A stretch of DNA of 63,466 bases, counting the filler, from Octopus bimaculoides (lineage: Eukaryota), in NCBI RefSeq assembly GCF_001194135.2. It is 7 parts of 6 records of this genome, joined end to end, with 100 filler letters (N's around TTAATTAATTAA, not from the genome) between each part and the next. Parts side by side here need not be neighbours in the genome. Positions count along the whole stretch, not along the records: positions 23,703 to 52,937 come from NC_069004.1; 6 more parts are not named here. One strand, written 5' to 3'. Position numbers and translations under genes: made by a program. The first letter of the stretch is position 1; every line of letters starts with the position of its first letter. Shown here piece by piece: positions 38,317 to 49,832 of this stretch. The notes beneath the pieces are model-generated. The model worked only from the letters and a program-made list of their open reading frames with translations. It made no database searches and was not told the origin of the DNA.

Positions 38317-39558
38317 CTGTTGAAGAAAGAGGAAAAGTGTTATGAGGTGAACGGATAGCTGTTAAATGAACAGAACTGAACACAGTTACTGAGGACCGAG
38401 AGTATTGGTGAACATTAAAGGTGAACAGTTTTTTGAGGTTTGTTAAAGGGCCACAAACAATAGCAAAGATCAAAGGTTACCCGTTAAAAAGATGAAGGGC
38501 AGTGACTGAGATGAACATTAATGGCTTTATAGGAACATTGACCCCATAATATATTCCTATTAAATATCCTGGACGTGAAGGCAAGACAAAATCGAACTAT
38601 TATACACAGACAGCCTTGGATTGAAAATGATTCTGAATGTTGTAGCAGAGATAGTAATGGTAACTTCTTACAAAGACACAGTGACAGAAATTGGAAAGGA
38701 AGGCAGGGGAAGTTGATTGACCCTTACGGTATGGGAACTAAGTATATTTGGTTCTGTGCATGTGTGGTTCAGATACGAAGACCAGAATAACTTGTTTTTG
38801 ATAGTGAGATACTTTCTGGAATCCTCCACATTTCATATATCTTAAGAAACGCGTTTTATTTTTACTGGACTAGAGGAAAAGTATACAAGACATGATGCCA
38901 TCATCATCATTTAACATCTATCTTCCATGCTGGCATGGGTTGGACGGTTTGATAGGATCTGATGGGCCTAAGGAATGCATCATATTCCAGCGTGTTTTGG
39001 CATGGCTTCCACAGTTTGATGTTCTTCCTGATGCCAACCACTTTACAATGGGATGGAACTGGCAACAGGGATAAAACAGTGATCATCATCATCATCATAC
39101 ATCCATGTTCTATGCTGGCATGGACTGGATGATTTGCCAGGATCTGATGTGTCCAAAAACAGCATCGTGCTCCAATGTCTGTGGCACGGTTTCTATGGCT
39201 GGATGACTAAACCAGTATCTGCACATTGGTACACAAATAATTTAATCAGTGCAGTGAGGGTTAAATTGACCCCAGTATATAACTGGTACTTTACTTTCCT
39301 GACTCTGGAAAGATGCAAAAAAAGTTACCTCAACAGGATTTGAACTCAGAACATAAAGACCAGAACTAAAATACAAGGCATCTTGTCCAACAATTTTGCC
39401 ATTGAACTGTGACAATAATGATGACCCATCATACACTTTGTTAGAGAAACTAACACAAAGGTCAATGTCACAGGTCAAAGGTCAACATTGCTTGAAAATA
39501 CTAGAAAACTCTCTAACCACCTAACCTTTCCCCTGAAGAGGCGAACCTGTGAACTTAC

Positions 39559-39633
39559 TTGGCAGGTGTTGAGGTGAACTTCCAAATCCTTCCATTCTGC
39601 TTTTACCTTGGATGTTTCCCATTCCTGTGGATA
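39559..39633 (-). CDS. TEPSIN: TEPSIN exon 7 (I-STGMGNIQGKSRMEGFGSSPQHLP-K)
   Basis: ttttccag acceptor, gtaagt donor; GMG...xxGFG motif; 75 nt. Confidence 0.9.
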
Positions 39634-40256
39634 CTGGAAAAGAACAACCAACAGAAAATTTCTCTCTCTCTTTAATATGTGTGTGTGTGTGTCTATATAC
39701 ATACAAATACATACATAAATGTTTACATACACATGCATGCACATACATTTATATATACATTTATATATACATATATATTTTCATTTTCATTTTATCCAGC
39801 TTCAGCTCATGAGCTGTGGCCATGAATATAAATATATGTATATAATAGAAATAGGTTTCAAAAAGAAAATAGAAACTACACGTGGAAAAGAGATATGGAG
39901 AGAGTAAGAAGAAAAAAAAGCGAAAATGCACATTGGATATCAAAGAAATAAAGGCTTTTTTTAATGAAAAGTAACGACAAATATATACAATTTGATGAAC
40001 TGAGGTAGAATTAAGAATAAAAGTTACACCGGTATGACTTTGAATGTCTTTAACAATTCATAATAATGACTTTTATTCTTTTTAATTCTACTTCAGTTTA
40101 TCTAATTGTATATATTTATCGCTAGTTTTCATAAAAAAGCCTTTATTTTTTTTTATATTCAATGTGCATTGAACACAGAACTACATGACTGCAAGGCAAA
40201 AACTTGATAACCACGTGGCCATGCCAGTGCAATATCTAAAATTGGTGAAATCTTAC

Positions 40257-40335
40257 TTGAGGTGGGCCTGACTGTTTTGGTCTCAGATTCAGTGTCCACA
40301 TTGTAGTCAGCATCAAAGAGGACTTCGGACAGATT
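40257..40335 (-). CDS. TEPSIN: TEPSIN exon 6 (NLSEVLFDADYNVDTESETKTVRPTS-I)
   Basis: tttcag acceptor, a|gtaaga donor; 79 nt; phase-consistent. Confidence 0.85.
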
Positions 40336-40409
40336 CTGAAAATAGAATCGGTAACAAGACATCTAAAATCATACAATAATTGGATAATTCACCATCATTT
40401 GATCCTAAT

Positions 40410-40700
40410 CATCATCATCATCGTTTAACGTCCGCTTTCCATGCTAGCATGGGTTGGACGATTTGACTGAGGACTGGTGAAACCAGATGGCTACACCAGG
40501 CTCCAATCTGATTTGGCAGAGTTTCTACAGCTGGATGCCCTTCCTAACACCAACCACTCCGAGAGTGTAGTGGGTACTTTTTACGTGCCACCGGCACGAA
40601 GGCCAGTCAAGCGGTACTGGCAACGGCCACGCTCAAAATGGTACATTTTATGTGCCACCTGCACAAGAGCCAGTCCAGGGGCACTGGCAACGATCTCGGA
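40410..40700 (-). mobile_element. (GAT)n-tailed interspersed repeat (family E)
   Basis: ggaagggcatccagctgtagaaac...catggaaagcggacgttaaacgatgatgatg; related copies at about 35245-35370, 38910-39200, 52120-52200, 52395-52580. Confidence 0.75.
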
Positions 40701-40724
40701 ATGTATTTACTAAACGCCACCACC

Positions 40725-41000
40725 ACCATCAGCATCACCACCATTGCCACTAACACAACAACCACAATCATCATCATCTTCATCATCATCACCACCACCA
40801 TCACTGTTACCACTACCATCCTCACCATTGCTACCACCATTATTACATGCACTATTGTCATCATCATCATCACCACTATTATTATCACAAAGATAACCAC
40901 CACCACCACCATCATCAGTATCATCACATTCATCAGCAGCAGCAACTTCACACTACTACCATCACCACCACCACCACCATCATCATCATCATTATTATTG
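40725..41000 (+). repeat. Degenerate (ACC/ATC)n low-complexity tract; similar at 11585-11710 and 53480-53720 (GGT)
   Basis: Directly visible, intronic or intergenic. Confidence 0.85.
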
Positions 41001-41281
41001 TTATCATGTAAGGGGTGGTGGTGAGCTGGCAGAATCATTAGCAGGCCAAACGAAATGCTTGGCAGCATTTTGCTTGCCTTTACATCCTAAGTTCAACTTA
41101 ACATTTCATCTGTTCAGTATCGATAAAATAAGTACCAGTTGTGCACTGGGGCTGATATAACTGACTTACACACTGCCACCAGAAGTACCAAATTCCTCCC
41201 CTTTTTCACAGAAAACAAACTTATTAATTCTCACTTTGAGAATTATCCATCCAGTTAAAAGCAGTTTCAGTTTTAACTTAC

Positions 41282-41349
41282 CTGAGCCATTTGTCTCACA
41301 ACTAAGTAGGGCACAGTACCATGAAGAGGATCTGGAGGTCCACTGAACT
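41282..41349 (-). CDS. TEPSIN: TEPSIN exon 5 (K-FSGPPDPLHGTVPYLVVRQMAQ)
   Basis: ttttacag acceptor, gtaagt donor; GPPDPLHG motif diagnostic of tepsin; 68 nt. Confidence 0.95.
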
Positions 41350-41969
41350 CTGTAAAATAACATGACCTCAAATGAGACTCACTAGTCAATAGCAGCTAAA
41401 TCTCTCTAAATCATTTTGCATTTAAACCAACCATATCTGACCCAAATATTCCACCTGTTTTATGTTCAAACTGACCAGATATGGCCTTTCATACCTACCC
41501 TACAATGTCATTCTAAAAATAAACAATCTTTATGTTGTTTTGAGACTAGAGGTGACGCTGCCAAATTCCCATTCAAAACAATTATTTTGTGCCGAGGAAA
41601 GAAATAACCCAGAAATCGGGATACACAGATATTGTTTTGAGCTGAGTGGGGGTGCTAGATTCCCTTGTCTGAAAATATAAGGACACAGATTGTGTCATAT
41701 AGCCAGCTGGAGGCGATGTCTCCTGGGGCTAAATTACAGTAACATTTGTCTTAAACCAGGACTGCCATGTTATGCTGGCAAACAATCTTTACTCCAAAGT
41801 ACTGTTGCTGAATATCTCTCATTGTGAGATTTAAAAATAGTAATTTTCTAATTCCTCCTTTTCTCTCAACAGTTTCAGAGGCCCCAAAATAAATAAAAAC
41901 TCACAGATGCTGCTCTCCCTTCACTGACTAAAAAAGTAAGAAAAAAATATAAGGAAATGAAATACTTAC

Positions 41970-42063
41970 TGGTGGCTTCCCTGATGCCATTTGCTTGTCG
42001 CCGTAAACCTTGTCTGAAATGGGGGTGACCCTTTTCAACAAGGTTTGTCATTAGTTTCAACAC
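41970..42063 (-). CDS. TEPSIN: TEPSIN exon 4 (VLKLMTNLVEKGHPHFRQGLRRQANGIREAT-K)
   Basis: tttttag acceptor, gtaagt donor; 94 nt. Confidence 0.92.
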
Positions 42064-42525
42064 CTAAAAATTAAAAAACAAATACAATCACAAACAGGTG
42101 TGGTTGTGTGGTTGAGAAGCTTACTTCCCAACCACATGGTTTTTGGTTCAATCCCACTGCATGACACCTTGGACAAGGGTCTTCTAATATAGCCTTGAGC
42201 TGACCAAAGTCTTGTAAATGAATTTGGAAAATGGAAACTAAAAGAAGCCCACTGTGCATGTGTGTTTTGCTTGTGTTGTTTTATTTTGAAATTGTACAGT
42301 AGTAAACGAATGTCACTGTCATACAAGCAGTGTCGTTCATTTCCAATAATCTTCATAAACATGTCTGGCCACGGGTAAATATTACTTGGAAACAGGTGAG
42401 GGTTGGCAACAAGATGGGCATCTAGCCGAGGACCCCCAATGGTCTTTTGTGTAATTCCAACTCCACCGGCCCATGAAGGGTTAAATAATTAATGATAGAC
42501 ACAAGTGATATTTATAATAACTTAC

Positions 42526-42617
42526 CTTCAATTTGACATGGCAAGATTTCTTTTCTAGTTGACTCACCAGGAATTCCAACAGACTTGTGCAATAAGCAGT
42601 CGATTCATAACTGATTT
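42526..42617 (-). CDS. TEPSIN: TEPSIN exon 3 (K-ISYESTAYCTSLLEFLVSQLEKKSCHVKLK)
   Basis: tag acceptor, gtaag donor; 92 nt; ISxES...LLEyL...HxKLK motif. Confidence 0.92.
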
Positions 42618-43190
42618 CTAGGAATATTGTTAAGGGTTTAATGTATTCCAATAGAGAGCATTTAACAGTTGGTAGCTTTTTTTGGGAGGCCATATGCTCA
42701 AGAAGTTTGTTGTTCAACTATATGGTTTCAGGTTCAATCCCACACAGTGGCGGCTTGTGTATGGGCAATGCGGAACTGCAGCACCCCCTATTTCCACTCG
42801 ATATTACCGATAACATTTAATATAATGAGTCCTTTTTTCTTTAATTCTTTCTTTATACTTGTACGTTACATAATCCTTAAGCTTAATGTCAGTAGCCATC
42901 CCTTAGTTTATGAAAAAAATACAAAAATTACAGCAAACTTTACATTTGATAATCCTGACACTACATGTGCTACAGAAAGGATATGAAGGGTTATATGTTG
43001 CCCAAGTGTGACAGGTTGTTGCCCATGCCTATGTCAGTGTAGTTCTATATACTCTAAAAAGATGTGGTGGCCATGAATGGAATAATTTTAATCATAATCC
43101 TGCCTGGACAGAACTGACCTTGAGCTAAACAGCAACAAAGAGAAAGATAGACAGATGGAGTGAGGGTTTATATGATGAATTAAAGGATAC

Positions 43191-43263
43191 TGTTGACTTC
43201 GTCGTAGAGATATCCAGGTATTGGTTTATCATCGTCCGATGTTGCTTTCATCAACATATTGAT
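43191..43263 (-). CDS. TEPSIN: TEPSIN exon 2 (INMLMKATSDDDKPIPGYLYDEVN-K)
   Basis: tag acceptor, gtatcc donor; KATSDDxxPxPGYL is the tepsin ENTH signature; 73 nt. Confidence 0.92.
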
Positions 43264-43556
43264 CTATAAGCATTAAAAAATATATATATACATAATGAAC
43301 AAAATATCATCTTCAATGTGAATATCAACTTCCAATATGAATGTTACCTCAAATTCTCATATATATTTATTGGATATCAAACCTAAGCAGTTATAAAGAA
43401 TAAGAAGTTTTGAATGGTACAACAATGCACTATAATACAAAAAATGGACTATATACCTGTTGTAATTTAGTTATCTATAGTCCGGTGATATTTCGGAATA
43501 CAATTCCTTCTTCAGATATTCTTAGATAGAGTCTCTGCTATTTTGTTTATACGCAT

Positions 43557-43595
<39 letters not shown>

Positions 43596-44093
43596 NNNNN
43601 NNNNNNNNNNNNNNNNNNNNNNNNNNNNNNNNNNNNNNNNNNNNNNNNNNNNNNNNNNNNNNNNNNNNNNNNNNNNNNNNNNNNNNNNNNNNNNNNNNNN
43701 NNNNNNNNNNNNNNNNNNNNNNNNNNNATATATATATATATATATATATAATGGTTGTTTGGAACTCTGCATTGCAAGTCGCAAATGTAAATGTAATCTA
43801 TCGTACATTTGCTCTGCATATCGTAACTAGTAATACTATGAAGTATAGCAGTAACCACACCATTATATTGGAAGCAGACTGGAGTAACAGCCGTACATCT
43901 ATTTATACACACAAGACACACATATATATATATATATTATACAACAGTTTCTATTCTACAGTATCAACAGCGTGTTATGAAATCGTTTAGACTTCAAAAA
44001 AGAATTTCATTGAAATGCTATTAAATTCAATAAAGGCAAATAATAATAAACAATGTATTATTTAGAAATAACAAGCAACTAAGTGTGCTGTAC

Positions 44094-44129
44094 CTTGTTG
44101 ACGAATGACACTTTGTTAACAACTTCCAT
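44094..44129 (-). CDS. TEPSIN: TEPSIN (AP-4 accessory, ENTH/VHS-like domain) coding exon 1 (MEVVNKVSFVNK)
   Basis: aaaATGg; donor aag|gtacag; aligns to DRLSFLHR of human tepsin as recalled; phase 0 fits exon 2. Confidence 0.75.
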
Positions 44130-44150
44130 TTTAATTATAAAATAATTAAA

Positions 44151-44189
44151 TCACAGAAATGCGACGTCTTTCCATTTCTTCGCTGCCAT
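44151..44189 (-). promoter_or_regulatory. Upstream ORF MAAKKWKDVAFL* in the putative TEPSIN 5' leader
   Basis: ATG 60 nt upstream of and in frame with the main ATG, same taattaaaATGG context, ends at TGA; inclusion in the mRNA is not proven. Confidence 0.5.
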
Positions 44190-44710
44190 TTTAATTAACA
44201 ACCGGTGTTCAGCATAAAAAAGTTACCCTTTGTTTTTTAATACCTGTACACCGCTTGTCTTCAATTCCTTTACACACCTTGCTTGTAATTTGTTTTTTTA
44301 ACTAAATACGTTTTAGTTTTAAAAGTATACGGTTTATCTCAATTAATCATACAGTACCAGGACTTCTATCTGGTTCCCAGAAATACAGGAATACTGCGCA
44401 AAATATTGCCATATACTGTACGTTCTATTGAATAAACAGATCCTGTTTTGAAGTAGATTAATTTGCAAAGAGTGCGTTAAAAGTAGTTTTCTTCTTTACG
44501 TTTTTTAAGTGGATTGATAGAGATTAAACATATTCTATTTCAGAACTGCATTAATTTGTACCTGTAAGTAGCTTGCTTGCCAACCACATTGTCCCGGGTT
44601 CAGTCCCACTGCGTGACAGCTTGGGCAAGTGTCTTCTCCTATAGCTTCGGACCGATCAAAGCCTTGAGAGTGGATTTGGTAGAGGGGAACTGAAAGAAGC
44701 CCGTCGTATA

Positions 44711-44754
<44 letters not shown>

Positions 44755-44837
44755 TGTTTGTCTCCCCAACATCGCTTGACAACCGATGCTGGTGTGTTTA
44801 CGTCCCCATAACTTCGGTAAAAGAGATAGAATAAGTA

Positions 44838-44879
44838 CCACCTTTCGGGCGATGAGACATGGCTTCTTTTTTTTTTTTT
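44838..44879 (+). pseudogene. Fragment: tRNA-Sec 3' end plus trailer plus terminator
   Basis: ccacctttcgggcgatgagacatggcttcttttttt versus gene ccacctttcgggcgatgggacatgggtttctttttt; fused to a SINE at its 5' side. Confidence 0.8.
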
Positions 44880-44899
44880 CTTTTTTGGTCAGGAGCTTG

Positions 44900-45560
44900 T
44901 GTGCTTTTCGAAAAGAACTGTCGACATGGTGTTCTTTACTATTGGAGATCTTCAAGAGAAGTGTAAGGCACAATATACCGATCTGTCCTCCACAGACGTC
45001 GATCGAATCCACGCCTTTGATATTCTTGCCAGAAATGGTCTTCGTAGAATCATGGCGGAGAACGACTGTTCTAGGAAATTCATTCTTATTGTCGAACAAC
45101 TCCATGATGGCCTGTTCCCCAGAGTCCAAGAGAGCAACGAAGTATCCGAGCGATTCCGTCTCCAATGGGACGAAGGAAATTTCTGTCCTTACACTCACTC
45201 TCTTTAACCATACTAACAGATGCCTCCAAAGACACAGCGGAGCATCGGCATCAATCATCGCACTGATAGCTCACTCTTTAATCTCAGCAGGTAAAGCACT
45301 TGGCTCAAACAGCATCCCCGTTTACATACGAAGCTGTCCGGCTGTGACAGAGAAACAAAAAAGTTATGAAATTCTTGCAATAAGAAGTCTAAAACTATTC
45401 AAAGTAACCCCGTTTCACGGGATAAGGTCTACAAACGTCTTACAAGCAATCTACAGCACTTCCACAGCATCTGCCTCAGAAAACTGCTTGGCATAAAATG
45501 GCATGACGGAATCTCGGACACCAAGGAACTCATCCTTGCTAGTCTGCCCAGCATATACAC
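44900..45560 (+). mobile_element. Degenerate RTE-clade LINE fragment
   Basis: AFDILARNGLRRIMAENDCSRKFILIVEQLHDG and downstream RKLLGIKWHD-like segment, with frameshifts. Confidence 0.75.
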
Positions 45561-45899
45561 CAGGGATTCTCAACTGGAGTCCATATTTCCCCCGAGGGCC
45601 CAAATACAATTTGGTGGGAGCGGGACCAGTTCACGGTGGGCGTACTCTAAATGATGATGATACCGCTGTTTAACACCAGGAGGACATATATCTATATGGT
45701 TTATATTGCCGTTAAGGTGAGAGATGAAGGTAGGTACAGGCCATGTACCCAGAGCCTAAAACTTACTTGGAGACACTAGTCGTCGTTTAAAACCTGCTTG
45801 GATGACATCTCCAATGTATGAAACTATTATCACCTCATAATTATATACTGTGTACATTAAACTACATACATACATACGTACATACATATAATAGGTATG

Positions 45900-46205
45900 G
45901 TGGTGCAAACAGGAAAACAGAACCCAAAATATGAATATATTTGCATGGTGCCAAAGGTACCGTCCACTGCATCTCACATAAGAACGAGATACTGCAGCAG
46001 CCTCGGTTTCAGAGGACCTCAGCTCTTCAATGCCCTGCCAAAACATTTGAGAGACATGCAAGACATGGATACGGAGGTCTTCAAGACAAAACTTGACACT
46101 TTCCTCTCCACGGTACCAGACGAACCAATGGCTCGTAATGAGACGCAGTTTAGGGCAGCTATGTCAAATTCTCTTATACACCAGATGTGCCATCAAAACT
46201 CTTGA
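45900..46205 (+). mobile_element. CR1/L2-group LINE C-terminal fragment
   Basis: FRGPQLFNALPKHLRD...FKTKLDTFLSTVPDEP. Confidence 0.75.
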
Positions 46206-47197
46206 TTGGACCATGTCAGGTGGGGGAGAAGAGCCATGCGAGGAACGTGAAAATCACGGTGGTGCACCAGCATGACCGCAGCCACTTGGCTGAAANNNNN
46301 NNNNNNNNNNNNNNNNNNNNNNNNNNNNNNNNNNNNNNNNNNNNNNNNNNNNNNNNNNNNNNNNNNNNNNNNNNNNNNNNNNNNNNNNNNNNNNNNNNNN
46401 NNNNNNNNNNNNNNNNNNNNNNNNNNNNNNNNNNNNNNNNNNNNNNNNNNNNNNNNNNNNNNNNNNNNNNNNNNNNNNNNNNNNNNNNNNNNNNNNNNNN
46501 NNNNNNNNNNNNNNNNNNNNNNNNNNNNNNNNNNNNNNNNNNNNNNNNNNNNNNNNNNNNNNNNNNNNNNNNNNNNNNNNNNNNNNNNNNNNNNNNNNNN
46601 NNNNNNNNNNNNNNNNNNNNNNNNNNGTGTACAGTTAAATGTAGGGCTACTACTACTGTACGAGTTAGAGCTCCATGTAGATTATCCTTATCCAGTCAGC
46701 TTCCAGTACTGTGGTTAGTCGACCACATATATACATACACGTGAGTGTGTGTGTGTGTGTGTGTGCTTCTTACATACATATACAGTTTATATGTTTTAAA
46801 ATGCTATCCCACTACGTTATAATCAATTTTCTTCGTCGTCATCCTGCTAAGAAATTTAATCTTTCCCTCTATCAAGCAGACGAGAACTGTAATAGTCTAT
46901 TTATTTGCTTTTTGTTGTTGTTTTCTTTTTTGTTTTTCCATGTTAACTTATAATGTCTGGTCTGCCTATATATGTATAAAGTTTAATGTGCAGCTCAATT
47001 TTTATGTCAGAAATTAGCACAAAACATGTTTACTAATTACTAGCTATTTCTTTAAAAACTATGATTATGTCACATTAAACATTGTCATAAACTTGTCTCG
47101 TGTTTTATACTCCAAAATATTTTTCATTATGCAGTTTTTAATTACAGCAATGTAAATTAGTTAACATGGTTTAAAATTTATCAGCAGTAATTATGGC

Positions 47198-47205
47198 TAT
47201 ATATA
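47198..47205 (+). promoter_or_regulatory. TATA box of the tRNA-Sec gene
   Basis: TATATATA at -31 to -24; metazoan tRNA-Sec genes use upstream TATA/PSE promoters. Confidence 0.7.
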
Positions 47206-47228
47206 TGGCCGTTATACCGTTAACTAAT

Positions 47229-47315
47229 GCCTGAATGAACTTCAGTGGTCTGGGGTGCAGGCTTCAAACCTGTAGCTGATTAACGTCAGAGTGGTTCAAT
47301 TCCACCTTTCGGGCG
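47229..47315 (+). tRNA. TRU-TCA: tRNA-Sec (anticodon UCA)
   Basis: GCCTGAATGAACTTCAGTGGTCTGGGGTGCAGGCTTCAAACCTGTAGCTGATTAACGTCAGAGTGGTTCAATTCCACCTTTCGGGCG, 87 nt, close to vertebrate tRNA-Sec as recalled; 9-bp acceptor, 6-bp D stem, long variable arm; differences preserve pairing. Confidence 0.96.
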
Positions 47316-47327
47316 ATGGGACATGGG

Positions 47328-47340
47328 TTTCTTTTTTTTT
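47328..47340 (+). terminator. RNA polymerase III T-run terminator of tRNA-Sec
   Basis: tttcttttttttt starting 13 nt after the mature 3' end. Confidence 0.8.
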
Positions 47341-47359
47341 CCCCAAATAAAGTACCCAC

Positions 47360-47399
<40 letters not shown>

Positions 47400-47715
47400 C
47401 AGACACACACACATGGTTCCGTCTTCAGTGCCGCTGTGGCACCTTGGATAAAACAGTTTAAGGCCGACCCAAAATTTGCGAGTAGACTTGGTAGACAAAA
47501 ACTGAAAGAAGCTTGTCATATATAAATGTGTGTGTCCCACCATCACTTGACAACCGGTGTTGGTGTGTTTACGTCCTCGTAACTTAACGGTTCAGGCAAA
47601 AGAGCACGAAAGAATAAGTACCATGCTTTGAAAATAGTACAGGGTTCGAATCTTTCCACTAAAAGTTCTTCAATGTGGTATATATATATAGAGAGAGATA
47701 GATAGATAGATACAC

Positions 47716-47780
<65 letters not shown>

Positions 47781-47866
47781 CAAATTTACAGAAAACAAAA
47801 GACGAAGGCAGGTGGTAGAACAAGAAGCAGGTGTATTAGTTTAACGATTGAAAAGAAAGGAAAAGT

Positions 47867-47902
47867 CTTTTACGTTTCGAGGCGACGCTCTTCGACAGGA
47901 AG
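47867..47902 (-). ncRNA. Hammerhead-like variant (CUGUCGA core) in a repeat
   Basis: cttc-CTGTCGA-a-gag(cgtcgc)ctc-GAA-ACGT-A-aaag; second copy at 62199-62234. Confidence 0.4.
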
Positions 47903-49145
47903 GATTAAGAGGGGAGGAAAATGGAGAAAGAATGAAAATGTGTGTATATGTAGGGGGGGGGGATTTGGGTGTGTGTGTTTGTATACACACACATACACAC
48001 GCACACACAGAAGAAGCCAGAGATAGAAAGAGAGGAACACAGGGAGAGAGAGAATAATACCCGGCCAACCTTCTATAAATACAATGCTCTTGTGTTTCAA
48101 ACCGTGCTTCTTATTCGGATATATGAATCTCTCACCACACACACACACACACACATACACACACACACATAATATCAGTCTCTCCCCCATTGAACTTTAT
48201 CAGTGTAGAGCACACGTTGACAAGGTATCTTGGTATCTAAACTTTATCTGTGTTGCTCTGTCCTAGCTTTGAAACTGAATAAAATTCCATTTATGAAAAG
48301 CTTAAACGAAACTAGGCCATCGTGAGCGACACACTCGTTTGCATAGTTAGTACTGCCTGGAGTCCTAAAAACGCACAGGGCCAGTTATCTGGTGTCCTTG
48401 GAGTATAAAAGAGATCAAGTTCTCAACATGACTTCTTGAACAGCACGCCAGCCTGTTGCGAGCATATTCGTTTGCTGCTTGTTTTTGTTTTGCTTTTTAT
48501 TTGTTTTAGTCAATGCTGGAGCAGCGGCTCGAATAATTTTTTTCTTTCTTTTTAAATCCTGGTATTTATTCTATCCGTTTCTTTTAGTCGAACCGCTAGT
48601 TTACGGGGACTTCAACACACCAACATCGGTTGTCGAGCAGTGGTTGTGGGACAAACACAGACACAAAGACACACGCACACACATACATACATACATACAT
48701 ATATACGACGGGCGTCATATCAAGTTAAACAGCGCATGACCTTGCAGGTGGGGCCCAGTTAGAATTTTCTTCAGGTCGAGTTGTCCATCCTGCTCAAAAG
48801 GTCCCTGAATAAGGTTTCTTTAAAGATAATGAACAAAACACCCGTGTTTCCAGAAGTGAATTATTCAAACCCCAAAGAATTCCCCTCGATACATGGCTGT
48901 GATGCTCCCCCACTACTTCTGCTCATGATCAGAGATGCACATATCGTCAGACACTAAGGAACATGCTCAACTAGTTATAGTCAAGAAAATGGTAGCAAAT
49001 ATATGGTATTGAGCAGAATATTTGCTGTAGCCCATCTTTTATACCAAGACAAACAATGTATATGATAACACTTCCAATCAGTTAAGATCAGAAGCCATGA
49101 GAGCCACTGCCTGGTACTACATCAGGGCATTTATAATAATAATAA

Positions 49146-49147
<2 letters not shown>

Positions 49148-49176
<29 letters not shown>

Positions 49177-49301
49177 AAGAAGAAGAAGAAGAAGAAGAAG
49201 AAGAAGAAGAAGAAGAAGAAGAAGAAGAAGAAGAAGAAGAAGAAGAAGAAGAAGAAGAAGAAGAAGAAGAAGAAGAAGAAGAAGAAGAAGAAGAAGAAGA
49301 G
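49148..49301 (+). repeat. Pure (GAA)n microsatellite, about 51 units
   Basis: Directly visible; follows a short (AAT)n tail. Confidence 0.97.
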
Positions 49302-49832
49302 ATAAAGAGAAAGGAGACAGAAAGACAGATAAACAGAAAGAGAAAACAGAGAGAGGGAGAGAGGGAGAGAGCCATGAAAAGAGAAAAGAGAAAAGGAGGG
49401 AAAGACATAAAGAGAGAGAGTAGGAGGCAGACAGACAGTAAGAGAGAGGAAGACGCTGATGTCTTAATGTTTAAAAATATCAAAGTTTTTCAGACATTAT
49501 TTTCCCTGCACTTAAGTTTTCTGCGTAAAGTTAGATTTAACGTCTGCGTTCGGTACAATTCCTTCAAGACAGAGGGAAGAACTCGTGTGATTTCCAAGAA
49601 AGAAATATGTATAAATGATGCAGTGCTTTTAGTGTTAAAGCACGAACGATTTTTTTTTTTTTTTAATTTAAAGAAAAAAAACGATGTAAAAATATACACG
49701 AATATTCCAAGTTAATTTAAAAGAAAAGGGAAAAGAAAAAAATGATATCGATTAATAGCAGTAAAAATAATAATCTCTTCTCTCGTGAATTCATAACCAC
49801 AAACTTGATCATTCTATTACTANNNNNNNNNN

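Noticed and set aside
40607-41068. Thr-rich mucin-like and poly-Ile/Tyr/Asn/Arg/His-Thr ORFs (also 2540-2903, 5357-5739, 11396-11819, 49088-49483, 53481-53741, 56787-57063)
   Set aside because: Translations of tri- and dinucleotide microsatellites, with no splice or homology support.
44130-44189. Selenocysteine readthrough of the in-frame UGA upstream of TEPSIN, suggested by the nearby tRNA-Sec
   Set aside because: tRNA proximity is irrelevant to decoding; by eye the 3' UTR has only a short ccagta/tactgg hairpin, not a canonical SECIS; tepsin is not a known selenoprotein. SECISearch3 on 33000-33704(-) would settle it.
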